A DNA stretch of 64,000 nt from Callorhinchus milii (GCF_018977255.1 NW_024704742.1:11720001-11784000), one strand, 5' to 3'; counted from the stretch's first letter, positions 1 to 12,690 are shown. The notes: generated by a model not told the origin, from the letters alone. Program-made: numbers and translations.

Positions 1-105
1 TGTCCACAAAATATACTGTCAATTCACTTTACAGTATATTCTGTGAAGTGTTTTGAGACTTGAAGATGTGATAAAGTGCTATATCAAATGCAAGGATTAT
101 TATTA
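1..105 (+). mobile_element. 3' part of tRNA-Ala/Deu/L2-tail SINE
   Basis: cacaaaatatactgtcaattcactttacagtatattctgtgaag...atcaaatgcaaggattattatt matches the 3' end of the full copies at 31776 and 43660. Confidence 0.85.
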
Positions 106-114
106 CTGCAATTT

Positions 115-785
115 AACTGTGGCACCTAGATTCTCCTACCAGTGGAAATAGCTTCTCCCTGTTTACTCTGTCAAAACCCCTCATAATTGTGTACACCTCT
201 ATCAGGTTCCCCTCTCAACCTTTTCTGCTCCAACGAAAATAGACTGGAAAAAGTGGATCTATCTTCATAACTAAATGAGCGATGATTCTTGTAAATCTCC
301 TCAACATCCCCTCCAAGGGCTTAACATGTTTTCTGAAGTGTGCTGCCCAACACTGAACACAATACTCCAGCTTTAGCCTAACCAACGATTTGTACAAAGT
401 TAGCATTATTGTTTTACGTTTGTACCCAATGCCCCTATGTACAAACCCTAGAATGCTATTAGTCTTTTTTTCATAGTCCTTTCCACTTGTGCTGTTGCTT
501 TCAAAATTTATATGCCTGTACTCCCAATTCTCTTTGCTCTTTTGTTCCTCGCTAAATACTGACATTCAATATATCCTCCCTATCCTGTTTTGTTTTCTAC
601 AAAAATAAATTACCTCATTTTGCTCTATTAAACTTCATTTGCCCACTGATCAGCCCATTATGCTAATCTGCTTAAATCCACCTGCAGTTGCTTGCTATCC
701 TCCTCACTATTCACGGTACCTCCTAGCTTGATATAATTTACAAATTTTAATACTGTACCCCCTATATCTAGGGCTAAATCATTTT
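115..785 (-). mobile_element. Degenerate CR1 LINE ORF2 3' fragment
   Basis: ORF 215..565 contains LYKSLVRLKLEYCVQCW...LEGMLRRFTRII, the typical CR1 ORF2 C-terminal block also seen at 27470..27700. Confidence 0.8.
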
Positions 786-1505
786 TTAAGTTATATATCT
801 AATCTACACCATTAATTCATTCAACCTTGACTGGATATTTTCCTGTTCCATTTGTCCGTCTTATTCTTCATCTGAGCCCAGCCTCCACTTAGTGTTGGGT
901 TTTACAAACACAATGTGGTTTAGATCTCACATGTGACACCATTTTTGAGTCAATGTGCCTAATTGCAACAGAATTCTAATTGAATTCTAATTTTTAAAAA
1001 AATTGTTTTGTTTTTCTTGACTTTGTGGATCATAGCTATGTGTAATTGACTGCTGAGTTTCACCCACAAAGTACTCCATCAATCCACTTTACAGAATGTT
1101 CTGTGAAGTGCTTTGAGAAGTCTCAAAGATGTGATAAAGCGTTACATCAAATTATTTTTTACCATAAAGATTGATTGCCTGAAAGAATAACCTGGACAAA
1201 TGGACTAGGAAAACAATTTTGAAAAAAATATTTAAAATTGTTTGTTTTATTGTCGGTTGTGATTGTAAAATGTAATGCACACACAAGTAAAGTGATCCCA
1301 TTCAATCGACATTTGGATGTTTATGAGTCAATAAATCTACAAGATGGGGTACAGACTTGAGTTTAGAGGAGAGAATCTTAAAGGCAGTTAAGGTTTAAAT
1401 TGCTTTACACAGAGAGTGGTGAATATGTAGAATCGACTACCCAGGAAAGCAGTGGAGCCAGATTGAGTCAGCAAATTCCAGATGATATTACATAGCTTTT
1501 TGGCA

Positions 1506-1765
1506 AATAATAATAATCCTTGCATTTGATCAAGTGCCTTATCAAGTCTTTGAGACATCTGAAAGCGCTTCACAAACTATACTGTAAAATGAATTGACTG
1601 TATATTTTGTGGGTGAAACACGGCAACCAATTGTACACAGCAGTGTCCCACAAACAGTCCAGTAACAAAATTATAATTCTTTTTAATTTTGAGAAGGGTT
1701 TATTACCGCCGGAAAAGCAATCATCCAATCGATTAACAACCAGGTTCCTAAGTGCTGCTGGATAA
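1506..1765 (-). mobile_element. SINE 3' half, interrupted by an L2 insertion
   Basis: (TAA)n tail, Deu-like core and middle segment; the element resumes at 3012. Confidence 0.85.
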
Positions 1766-2996
1766 ACAACAACAAAATTACATTTATAGAGCGTCTTTCA
1801 CGCCAGGAGTATGTCCCAAAGCGCTGAACATTCAGGTGTCAGGCCCGAGCATGGGGGTGTAGGGGTGAGGGAAGGCAGGGAGGTGGGAGACCAAAGGCAC
1901 GGTCAAAGAGAAGGGTCTTGAGACTGGCCTTGAAGGAGGCAAGGGAGGAAGCGAGGCGAAGGGACCGTGGGATGGAGTTCCAGAGTGTGGGAGCAGAGAG
2001 GCTGAAAGCTCGGCCACCAATGGGCGGGCGGGAGACATGGAGCAGACCGGAGCCCGATGAACGGAGTAAGTGGGCAGGTTGGTAGGGAGACAACAGGTCA
2101 AAGAGGTAGGAGGGGGCAAGGCCATGGATGGCCTTAAAGGTGAGGATGAGGATCTTGAACTCGATCCTCGGGGGATGGGGTGAGGGTGGCAGTAATGGGG
2201 TCATGGAGCATGGTGCATGAGAGTACACAAGCTGCAGAGTTTTGAATGATCTGCAGCTTGTGAAGGGAAGAGTTGGGAAGGCCGATGAGGAGGGAGTTCC
2301 CGTAATCAAGCCTTAATGTGACAAGTGCATGGGTGAGGGTTTTGACAGCCGAGGGGTGAGGCAGTGGCAGAGTCTGGCAATGTTGCGGAGGTGGTGGTAG
2401 GCAGTGCCGGTCATGGCGCGAAAGTGGGGGAGAAAGGACATTTCAGGGTTAAACAAGATGCCCAGGTTCCTGACTGGCTTAGTGAGGTTGAGTGTTCAGC
2501 CGTGGAGGCTGATGCTGCCAGCACCTGAGGTGCGGAGGCGATGGCGAGAGACAATCAAGAGGGCCTTGATCTTGCTAACATTGAGTTGGAGAAAGTTGGC
2601 CCTCTTCCAGGACTTGATGTTGGACAGGCAGTCGGTCATGACGCCAATAGTCCTGGAGTTCAGGGTGGAGGCAGAGAGGTAGAGTTGGGCGTCATCCACA
2701 TACATGTGGAAATTTACCCCATGTCTGCGAATGATGTCACCAAGGGGGAGCATGTAGAGGATGAAGAGGAGGGGACCAAGGACAGAGCCCTGAGGAACAC
2801 TGCACGAGACAGTGCAGGGGCTTCAGGAGAAGCTGTTTGCCATGACAAAGTGAAGGTGGTGTGAAAGGTAGGACCTGAACCAGTCAAGGACAGAACTTTG
2901 AAGGTTGAGGTGGGAGGAGAGGCGGTGGAGGAGGATTGAGTGGTCCACGGTGTCAAAGGCGGCGGAGAGGATGAGGAGGCAGAGGAGCCCTGGTCA
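1765..2996 (-). mobile_element. 5'-truncated L2 LINE (RT and 3' end), degenerate
   Basis: ORF pieces GVNFHMYVDDAQLYLS and RIEFKILILTFKAIHGLAPSYL are homologous to the L2 at 22821; (AAC)n tail at 1765. Confidence 0.9.
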
Positions 2997-3011
2997 CTCC
3001 CTTACTCCACA

Positions 3012-3121
3012 AAGGCATGTGGAGTAAGGAAACTTGCCCAATGTTTTGCCCTGCCCGGGAATCGAACCCAGGTGCGCTCGTTTGTGAGGTGAGTGTTCTT
3101 ACCACTAAGCTGCAGGACTCC
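3012..3121 (-). mobile_element. SINE 5' half (tRNA-like head)
   Basis: Reverse complement reads ggagtcctgcagcttagtggtaag...gggttcgattccc (Pol III A and B boxes); continues the element at 1506-1765. Confidence 0.85.
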
Positions 3122-3373
3122 ACAAATCAATTGTATGAAGGATGGAATAGTATATAAAATCCTAAGATAGGATGATGGAAGGAGAAAGAACACACAGGAT
3201 GACACAGCTGTATGTGGAATTGCATAGAGTTATATAGAACATTACAAAATGTGACTTTGAGTTTATATTCCATATGAGACCCCAACCTTCCTGTATCCTT
3301 CTCAATCACGTATGCATCAAGCTTCCTGTTAAATACATTGGTGCTTTTTGCTTCAACTGCAGCTTCACATTCT

Positions 3374-3590
3374 CAACTTGCATTTATATAGTGCCCTTCG
3401 TGTGGCCAGTGATAGAGCCTGACTCTGCACCAGGGCAAGAGGGGAGGTGATTGTAAGTGCGTTTGTAGATAAAGGTCTTCAGGTACGATCTGAAGATGGA
3501 CAAGGAGGATCAAGATGGAGGTATTGAGGCAGAGAGTTCAAGAATCTTGGGGCAAAGTGAGTAAAAGACACCTTTGGTGTTGTTACATTA
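3374..3590 (-). mobile_element. Old L2 subfamily 3' end
   Basis: caacttgcatttatatag tail and aaggtcttcagg...gatctgaa segment resemble 22200-22390 and 46890-47110. Confidence 0.6.
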
Positions 3591-4080
3591 AAAAAAAAGA
3601 TCCAACACTCTCTGGACTTGCCAACAAGTGAAAAGTGGCAACAGCCTTTACATCCACCTTAATTAATCTTTCATAATTGTAAATTCCTCCATTAGGTCCA
3701 CTTTCAATCATCAACCTGTCCAGTTATTCTTGATAGCTGTATCTACTCATCTCTGGTAACATCATAGTAAGTTTATGTGCCACTCTCTCCAATAAAAAAG
3801 ATGGAATTTTTTCTTTAAAATGGGGTCAAGATTACAATGTTTCTGAACGCAGTCAATTCCTTATCTTACAATATATTTTTTGTAGTATTTCAAGATCCCA
3901 TGACAGTATTTGATAAAGGAAGAGAACTTTCTCCCAATATGTTGGCTAACACTCCCAGGAAAAATGATTCTTCACATTGTGAATGTTTTTTCAGATTTTA
4001 TTATGTAAAATGGATACTTGTTTTGCTTCTAAAGATGACAACAACAACAACTTGCATTTATATGGTCCCTTCATGTAGAC

Positions 4081-4261
4081 CAGTGGTTGCCAACCTTTAT
4101 TGCTTATATAAATACATACATTTTCTTGGTGGTATAAATCAAGAAATATTCAATCAAGAAAAAACGGAAAACACACTAACAATGGAGCACGGGCTTACCT
4201 AGACTTGTGAGAATGTTTGGGTTACTGGATGGCCTTGCGGGCCCCAGGTCACGCACCACTG
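4081..4261. mobile_element. Non-autonomous hAT (Charlie-like) MITE
   Basis: Termini CAGTGGTTGCCAACC ... GGTCACGCACCACTG; degenerate 8-bp TSD ATGTAGAC/ATGCAAGC (5/8); interrupts an L2-type tail. Confidence 0.6.
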
Positions 4262-5079
4262 ATGCAAGCTAATGTCTCGGAGGACTTTACAGATATAAGT
4301 TTGCAAGTGATAAGGCACCATAACGTGCAAGTTCTATCTTTACAGTGTGTTGTATGGGTGGGGTGAGCATAAATTCTGCTTGATTCCTACTTTAATACTC
4401 GTACATTTGCTAAAACAGTGGCATCTTTGCAGGAAGACATTTGGGGAGTGTATTTGCCGGCTTTATATATTTAACCTGCAGTAAAGAGATGACATCATAT
4501 CACAGGCTGACTTGCTGACTGAGGAAGTGCAGCCAACATCAAGAATAGAATCCCTGAGTAATTCCGTTGTCATGTGTTTCAGGGCCACAACTGAAGGCTA
4601 ACTGATGTCACCCACCTAATGCAAAAATATATATATTTTTAATTCTTCATGAGCTGGGAGTGAATATCTTCTGCTTATTGATCAATCAGTTCAGATAGGC
4701 TTCAGAATAACAAAGCCCTATGTTTTATGAGATCTACATTATGATGTTCTTTGTAATGTCTACCCACATTTATAGGGTTGAATGGAAAGCAAATCATAAA
4801 ACGTCAAAATAAAAAACAAAAAAAAGTTTCACTTGTAAATGCGAGGACCTCCTAAGCCGCTGGAAAATGAAAGGGAATCATTCAGCCGATTATGTCAACA
4901 CCACCATCTTTTGATTCCCTTTCTAAAAATGTAATTTCATTTTCTGGTTTTCCCGCCATATCCTTTATTTTAAACCCATAACACAACCCAAATTTAACCC
5001 TCAGAGTCATAGCCTGGGCCAAAAGAAAAGTGTAGCTGCACTTTTTCTGAGGAATCCACTACAAATGCCCTCCTCCCCG

Positions 5080-5476
5080 ACACACCTGTACGCAGAGTGT
5101 GCTGGGCCCCCGCTATGCACCTGAACACACAGTGTGCTGGGCCCCCGCTACATACCTGTACACACAGTGTGCTGGGCCCCCGCTACACATCTGTACACAC
5201 AGTGTGCTGGGCCCCCGCTACATACCTGTACACACAGTGTGCTGGGCCCCCGCTACATACCTGTACACACAGTGTGCTGGGCCCCCGCTACACATCTGTA
5301 CACACAGTGTGCTGGGCCCCCGCTACACATCTGTACACACAGTGTGCTGGGCCCCCGCTACACACCTGTACACACAGTGTGCTGGGCCCCCGCTACACAC
5401 CTGTACACACAGTGTGCTGGGCCCCCGCTACACACCTGTACACACAGTGTGCTGGGCCCCTGCTACAAACCTGTAT
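5080..5476. repeat. 35-bp minisatellite, about 11 copies
   Basis: Unit agtgtgctgggcccccgctaca(t/c)a(c/t)ctgtacacac starts at 5096, 5131, 5166 ... 5446 (period 35). Confidence 0.97.
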
Positions 5477-7306
5477 GAATTTTTGCTAAGTACTGTTCTA
5501 TTCACATTAAGATTTTTAGTATTTTAAGCGTAACTACATTTTCAGGAAATATATGCCTTTAGTTTCAATCAGGATTGTTTCACAAAATGCGTCTCTCAAT
5601 AGCCCCAATCCAACCACAGCAATTTCCTGGCAAATTTGCCAAATGCCCCACAATTTTTGGCAAATATTTCTGCAATTTTCTATTGGCCCAGCTCATGGCC
5701 CATTCAACAGAACTCAAATGAACTGTGTTTTAGTCCTGCATTTTAGGGTTAAATCCGGACAGGTTTATGTTTAATTTTTGGAGAGCAGTGAAACCTAAAA
5801 CTTTACTATGGTTGTATTTTGCCACTGAAACTGGAAGAAAGAATTGCTAGTGTCAGTGGATTTGAATTGGTGAGATTCATCTCCAATGATTTTCTAAATT
5901 CTGCATTACTGAGAGCTTTCCCCCATGTTATTTATAATTCAGTCTGCGTGTATGGCAAACTCCCTGCCTCCAAAATTAAAACCATGTATTGTAAGGATAA
6001 TGTCTGTGAATAGTGAGTATTTGATTAGACAGTGTAACCCATTGTTCAGGTTACAGTGCTCCCTTGTGTGATTCAGTTACAGCTGTAAAAGGCATACTTG
6101 AATTCTGAATGTAAAATGCATTGTTAATTTCAATGACTGGACTGTCACATGGAGTTTGCTCTGTAAATGGAGTTGCTTGTCACTGGGCAAAGAGCCCACT
6201 AAACTAAATTGAAAAAGAACTTGGAAATAGCATTTGGGTGCAACCAGAGGAATTTGAATAATCAGAATTTGAGTTACTGATGTTTGTTGTTGTGGAGCAT
6301 GAAGACAACAGAGCTCCAGGAAGTTGAATGGAGCCTGCTGTTATGCATCATTTTCTGCAAGTATGATTTCAGTGTATCTCAATTTTTACTCTGGAGGCAC
6401 AAGACTAATATAATGTATTGAATTTCACAATTGCTCTGTGGAGCTCTTGTGGTGGTATGCAGGTTACCATGCACACTTCTCAGCCCATTCATCAACACTG
6501 ATCATTTCATTCAGTTTCCCAGCCTATAATACATAATATATACAGCTACAATTGATTTATGCATTCATTTATGCAGACAATTGAGTATGATGGCAGTGAT
6601 ATTGTGTTTTAATGGGTATTTTGAGACCTTGGGCTTTCCTTAGGTTCATTGTTGTCGTGGCAAATCACATATGGTGGGAAGAGGAGTAATTCAACTTTAA
6701 CAGACAGACGTACAAATCGTTCATGAAGGTATTAGCAATTTACTTACATTTTAGTAACGTATGCAGGAGCTATTCTTTTACTTCTAGATTTAGAATCAGG
6801 GCAAACTGGCAATAGGTCCCTTGTCACTCAATATAATTTACATGCCCATGTGAGGCCAATGCTCTATATAGAGTGAAATGCTGGCTGCTCTGCAATATAT
6901 CGGAAAGAAAAAAATGTATTTGGCAGAAGAGGGAAAGGTTTAAAAAGCCAAAAGGAATGATAGAAATTGATGAAGTTCTACTTAATGTATATTGTCTTCT
7001 CGGACCTATTTGTGTAGCTGAATGGTTTCCCTCCAGTGCTCTGCCTCTGCCCATTGGAGGTTGTCACATGGCAAAAATGACATCATTACATTACCATCTG
7101 CTTCTTGGCTCGCCAGCGGGAGTGACCTGTTCAGATTGCTTGGTAAATGTGTATTGTCACATTGTTGTGTTTGCACAGTTTTACAAACATCAAATAAATA
7201 TACCTTGATTGGGACAGTAGGATGGCTATTCTGGAGGGATGAGAATGATGGGCCAAAGCACCTTTTTCATCGATACACATCCTATGATGACCCATCCTCT
7301 TATATG

Positions 7307-7420
7307 AATAATAATCTGTGCATTTGATATAGCGCCTTATCAGATCTTCGAGATGTCTCAAAGCACTTCACAGAATATACTGTAAAGTGAATTGATTGTA
7401 TATTTGTGGACAAAATGATG
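7307..7420 (-). mobile_element. SINE 3' fragment
   Basis: gcatttgatatagcgccttatc...cacagaatatactgtaaagtgaattga. Confidence 0.8.
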
Positions 7421-7692
7421 GTACATTGCTCGGTTGTAACACCATGACATCACCACTTTGACTTACCCTTTTGCTTTTCCTAATACCATGCAACTCAATG
7501 TAGACTTTCTCCTAGATCCACTTGGCCCTCTTTGTGGGGTTGACAAAATCTGCCATCAGTTGCCAAGTATGCTTTTCGCAGTCAATTAACGCCATCAAAG
7601 CAGCTTCTCTGAATCTCTTTTGTTTGGGCATTATATCCCGCAAAAATGTTTCCTCCTTGGTTGTATGAGCCCAGATGTTGCCTTCACACATA

Positions 7693-7890
7693 AATAATCC
7701 TTGCATTTGATATAGCAGTTCACCATGACGTCGAGACACCTCTTCAGCGCTTCACAGAATATGCTATGTAAACTGTATATTTTGTGGGCGACACACGGTA
7801 GCCAATTGCGCACAGCAGTGTCTCACAAACAGTTGTGGATTGAATGATCAAATTATTATGATTTATTTATTTTTGAAGGGATTATTACTC
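7693..7890 (-). mobile_element. SINE 3' fragment
   Basis: aataatccttgcatttgatatagc...gccaattgcgcacagcagtg. Confidence 0.8.
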
Positions 7891-8777
7891 ACATGTTAAA
7901 AGTACCCTCTTGTCTTTGTCTGTCTGTCTCTGTCTGTTTGTCTTTGTACGTCTCTGTCTGTTTGTCTTTGTCTGTCTCTGTCTGTCTGTCTGCCTGCCTG
8001 CCTGCCTGTCTCTGTCAGTCTGGCTCTATCTGTCTCTGTCTGTCTCTGTCTCTCTGTCTGTCCATCTCTGTCTGTCTCTATCTGTCTCTGTATGTCTGTC
8101 TGTCTATCTATCTATCTCTGTCTATCTGTCTGTCTGTAGGTCTGTCTGTCTGTCAGTCTCTATCTGTCTTTCTCATTGTCTGTCTGTATGTCTGTCTCCG
8201 TCCATCTGTCTCTGTCTGTCTACCTGTCTGTCTCTGTCTGTGTGTCTGTCTCTATCTGTCTCTCTGTCTCTGTTTTACTGTCTGTGTATTTCCGTCTGTC
8301 GCTGTGACCGTCTGTCGCTGTGACCGTCTGTCACTGTGTTTCTGCCTGCCTGTCTGTGTCGGTCTATGTCTAACTGTCTCTGTCACTCAGTCTGTCTCTG
8401 TCTGCGTCTTTCTGTCTGACTCTGTGTTTGTCTGTATCTGTCGGTCTGCCTGTCACTGTGTCTCACAGTGTCTGAATGTCTCTGTGTCTGTCTTTCTCTC
8501 TATGCTTATCTCTGTCTGTCTGCCTGCCCGTCTCTGTCGGTCTGTCCTATCTGTCTCTATCACTCTGTTGGTCTCTGTGGCTCTGTTTCTGTCTGTCTCT
8601 GTCTCTCTGTCTGTCTTTCTCTCTGTCTGTCTATCTCGTCTCTGTCTGTCTCTGTTTGTCACTGTCTGACTCTTTATGTCTGCCTGTATCTGCCTGTATC
8701 TGTCTGTCTGTCTGTCAGTGTGCCTGTCTGTCAGTGTGTCTGTCTCTCAGTGTGTCTGTCTGTCGCTGTGCTTATCT

Positions 8778-8934
8778 CCTTCAGCTCCCCTCTCGACTCT
8801 CTACCCCCTCCCGCTCCTTCTCTTCCCTCTCCTCACCATTTCCCCTTTGCTCGGGTCCTGACCCAACTGTCCAGCGCCTTGGGACGTCCTCCCGACGTGA
8901 AAGGCGCTCTATAAATGAAATCTTGTTGTTGTTG
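8778..8934 (+). mobile_element. Short L2 3' end embedded in the microsatellite
   Basis: ccttcagctcccctctcgactct...aaggcgctctataaatgaaatc(ttg)n matches 25237-25450. Confidence 0.9.
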
Positions 8935-9171
8935 TCTGCCTGCCTCTGTCGGTCTGTCCTATCTGTCTCTATCACTCTGTCGGTCTCTGTGTCTCTGTTT
9001 CTCTCTGTCTGTCTGTCTCTCTGTCTGTCTCTGTCTGTCTCTGTCTGTCACTGTCTGTCTCTTTATGTCTGTCTACCTCTGTCTGTCTGTCTGTCGCTCT
9101 GTCTGTCTCTGTGTTTGTCTGTATCTGTCGGTCTGCCTGTCAATGTGTCTCACTGTGTCTGTCTGTCTCTG

Positions 9172-9202
<31 letters not shown>

Positions 9203-10413
9203 GTGTCTGTCTCTGTGTCTGTCTATCTCTCTGACTGACTGTGTCTGTCTGTTTGTCTCTGTCTATCCGCCTCTCTGTCTCTCTTTCTGTCTTTCTCTCT
9301 GTCTGTTTATCTCCGTTGCTGTCTGTCACTATTTGTCTCTTTATGTCTGTCTGTCTATCTCTGTCTGTCTGTCTGTCCATCGGTCCGTCCATCATCTGCC
9401 TGCCTGTCTCTGCCTGTCTGTCTCTGTCTCTCTGTCTGTCTCTCTCTGTCTACCTGTCTGTCTGTGTCTGTCTGTCTCTGTGTCTGTTTGTCTCTGTTTC
9501 TGTCTGTCTCTGTGTTTGTCTGTCTCTATGACTGTGTGTCTCTGTGTATTGTCGCAGTCTGTCTGTCTGTCTTTATCTGTCTATCTGTATGTCCTTCTGT
9601 CTCCGTCCGTCCGTCCATCCGTCTGCCTGTTTGTCTGTCTGTCTCTATCTATCTGTCTGCCTTTTTGAGTGTTTGTCTGTCTCTCTCTGTGTATGTCTGT
9701 CTCTGGTCTGTCCGTTTCATTATTTGGCTGTCTGTCTGTCTCTGTATGTCTCTCTGTCTATCTGCTTGCCTGCCTCTGTCTCTCTGGCTATCTCACTCTG
9801 TCTGTCTCTGTCTCTCTTTGTGGCAGTCTGTCTCTGTGGCAGTCTGTCTGTCTATGACTGTCAGTATCAGTCTATCTATCTATCTATCACACTCTGTCTG
9901 TCTGCCTGTATGTCTGTCTCTGCCTGTCTGTCTGTCGCTGTGCTTGTTGGTCTGTCAATCTGTTGGTCGTTCGGTCGGTCGGTCTCTATCTGTGTCTCTG
10001 TTTTACTGTCTCTCTCTGTCTGTCTGTCAGTCCCTGTCTTTCTGTCTGTCTCTGTATCTGTCTGTCTGTGTCTAATTGTCTGACTGGCTTTGTCTGTCTT
10101 GCTTGTCTGTTGGTTGGTCCCTGTCTATCTGTCTGCCTTTCTAACTGTCTGTCTGTCTCTATCTGTTTCAGTCTCTGTCGGTCGGTCTCAGTGGCTGTAT
10201 ATCTGTCTGTCTGTCTGTTGGCGCTGTGCTTGTGTCTGTCTGTCTGTCTGTCTTCCTCTCTGTCTGTCTTCCTCTCTGTCTCTCTCTTTAAGTCGCTCTA
10301 TCTATCTCACTCTGTCTGTCTGTCTAGCTGCATCTGTCACTCTGTCTCTGTTTTACTGTCTGTCTGTCGCCGTGTCTGTCTGTCGCTGTGTCTGTCTGTC
10401 GCTGTGCTTATCT

Positions 10414-10578
10414 CCTTCAGCTCCCCTCTCGACTCTCAAACCCCTCCTCACTACTTCCCTCCCCTCACCCTAACCATTTCCCCCCTGCACGGGTCCCGAC
10501 CCAACTGTACAGCGCCTTGGGATGTCCTCCCGACATGAAAGGCGCTCTATAAATGAAATCTTGTTGTTGTTGTTGTTG
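10414..10578 (+). mobile_element. Second short L2 3' end embedded in the microsatellite
   Basis: Same sequence type and same 5' junction as 8778-8934. Confidence 0.9.
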
Positions 10579-11240
10579 TCTGCCTGCCTCTGTCTGTCTT
10601 TCTCTCTTTCTGTCTATCTCCGTCTCCGTCTGTCTCTGTCTATCATTGTCTGTCCGCCCATCCGCCTGCCTGCCTCAATGCCTGCCTGCCTGTCTGTCTC
10701 CGTCTTTCTCTGTCTGTCTATTTTTCTTGTCTGTCTGTCTATTTTTCTTCTCTGTCTGTCTGTCTGTCTCTCTGTCTTCCTCTCTGTCTCTCTGTGTCTT
10801 TCTGTGTCTGTCTGTGTCTGTCTGTCTGTGTCTGTCTCAGTCTCTGTCTGTCAGTGTGTCTGTCTGTCAGTGTGTCTGTCTGTCAGTGAGTCTGTCTCTC
10901 GGTGTGTCTGGCTGTCGCTGTGTCTCTCTGTCGCTGTGCTTAACTCCATCTGTCTGCATCTGTCACTCTATCTCTGTTTTACTCTCTGTCTGTGTATTTC
11001 TACGTGTCTCTGAGTCTGTCTTTGTCTGTCTGTTTGTCTGTGTCTGTCTGCCTGTCTCTGTCTCTCTCTGTCTGTCTGTCTGTCACACTCTGTCTGTCTG
11101 TCTGTCTGTTCTGTCTGTCTGTCTCTGTTTGTCTGTCTTTCTCTATCTATCTGTCTGCCTTTTTGAATGTCTGTATCTGTCTGTTTGTCTGTCTGTCTCT
11201 CTCTGTCTACCTGTCTGTCTGTGTGTGTCTGTCAATCTAT

Positions 11241-11358
<118 letters not shown>

Positions 11359-11429
11359 GACTCTGTGTCTTTCTGTCTGTACCTATGGCTCCATGCCTGC
11401 CTCTGTGTATGTCTGTCTGTCTATCCCTC

Positions 11430-11463
<34 letters not shown>

Positions 11464-12003
11464 GTTCTCACGCTGTCTGTCTTTCTATTTCTGTGTATGT
11501 CTGCCTCTGTCTCTGTCGATCTCTGTGTCTGTCTATCTCTGTGACTGTCACTGTCTGTCTGTCTGTCTCTCTGTCGGTCTATCTGTCTGTCTTTCTGTCT
11601 GTCTCACTCTGTATGTCTGTCTCTGTGACTGTCTTTCTTTGTGTCTGTTACAGTCTGTCTGTCTGTCTCACTCTGTATGTCTGTCTCTGTGACTGTCTGT
11701 CACTATGTCTCTCACAGTCTGTCTGTCTGTCTATATTTATGTCTGTCTGTCTGTCTGTCTGTTCGTCTGTCCCTCTGTATCTGCCTGTCTCTGAATCTGC
11801 CTCTATGTCTGTCTGTTTGTTTGTCCGTCCGTCCGTCCGTACATCTGTCTTTGTGTATGTATGTATGTATGTCTGTATCACTCTGTCTGTATCACGTTGT
11901 CTGTCTTTTTATTTCTGTGTATGTCTGCCTTTGTCTCTGTCGATGTCTGTGTCTATCTGTCTCTGTGACTGTCACAGTCTGCCTGTCTGTCTGTCTGCCT
12001 GCC

Positions 12004-12036
<33 letters not shown>

Positions 12037-12149
12037 GCCTGCCTGCCTGCCTACCTGTCTGTCTGTCTACCAGCCTCTCTGTCTGTCTGCCTGTCTCTGT
12101 CTGTCTGCCTGTCTCACACTGCGGTGTCTGTGTGTCTCTGTGTGTGTGG

Positions 12150-12183
<34 letters not shown>

Positions 12184-12452
12184 CTCTCTCCATATCACTG
12201 TGTCTATCTGCCTGTCTGTCTCTGTGTCTTTCTGTCTGTCCCTGTGGCTCCATGCCTGCCTTTGTGTACGTCTGTCTGTCTATCCCACTCTGTCTGTCCG
12301 TCTGTCTGTCTCACGCTATCTGTCTTTCTATTTCTGTGTATGTCTGCCTCTGACTCTGTCGATCTCTGTGTCTGTCTATCTCTGTGACTGTCACACTCTG
12401 TCTGTCTGTCTGTCTGACTGCCTGTCTGTCTGACTGCCTGTCTCTCTCTCTC

Positions 12453-12483
<31 letters not shown>

Positions 12484-12690
12484 TTGTGTATGTCTGTCTA
12501 TCTATCACACTCGGTCTGTCTATCTGTCTGTCTGTCTTTGTGTATGTCTCTCTCTTTGTCTGTCGTTCTGTGTATGTCAGTCACTTTGTCTGTCATTCTC
12601 TGTGTCTGTCTGTCTCTGTGACTGTCAATGTCTGTCTGTCTGTCTCTCTGTCTGTCTCTCTGTCTTTCTGTCTGTCTGTCTGTCTGCCTT

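Noticed and set aside
3837..4202. 121-aa ORF with an apparent splice acceptor (DPMTVFDKGRELSP)
   Set aside because: The sequence is a decayed Deu-SINE core followed by an L2 tail and a MITE.
5097..5527. Cys/His-rich repetitive ORFs and a CRISPR-like periodicity
   Set aside because: All frames are open because of the 35-bp tandem repeat; there are no unique spacers, no cas genes, and the context is eukaryotic.
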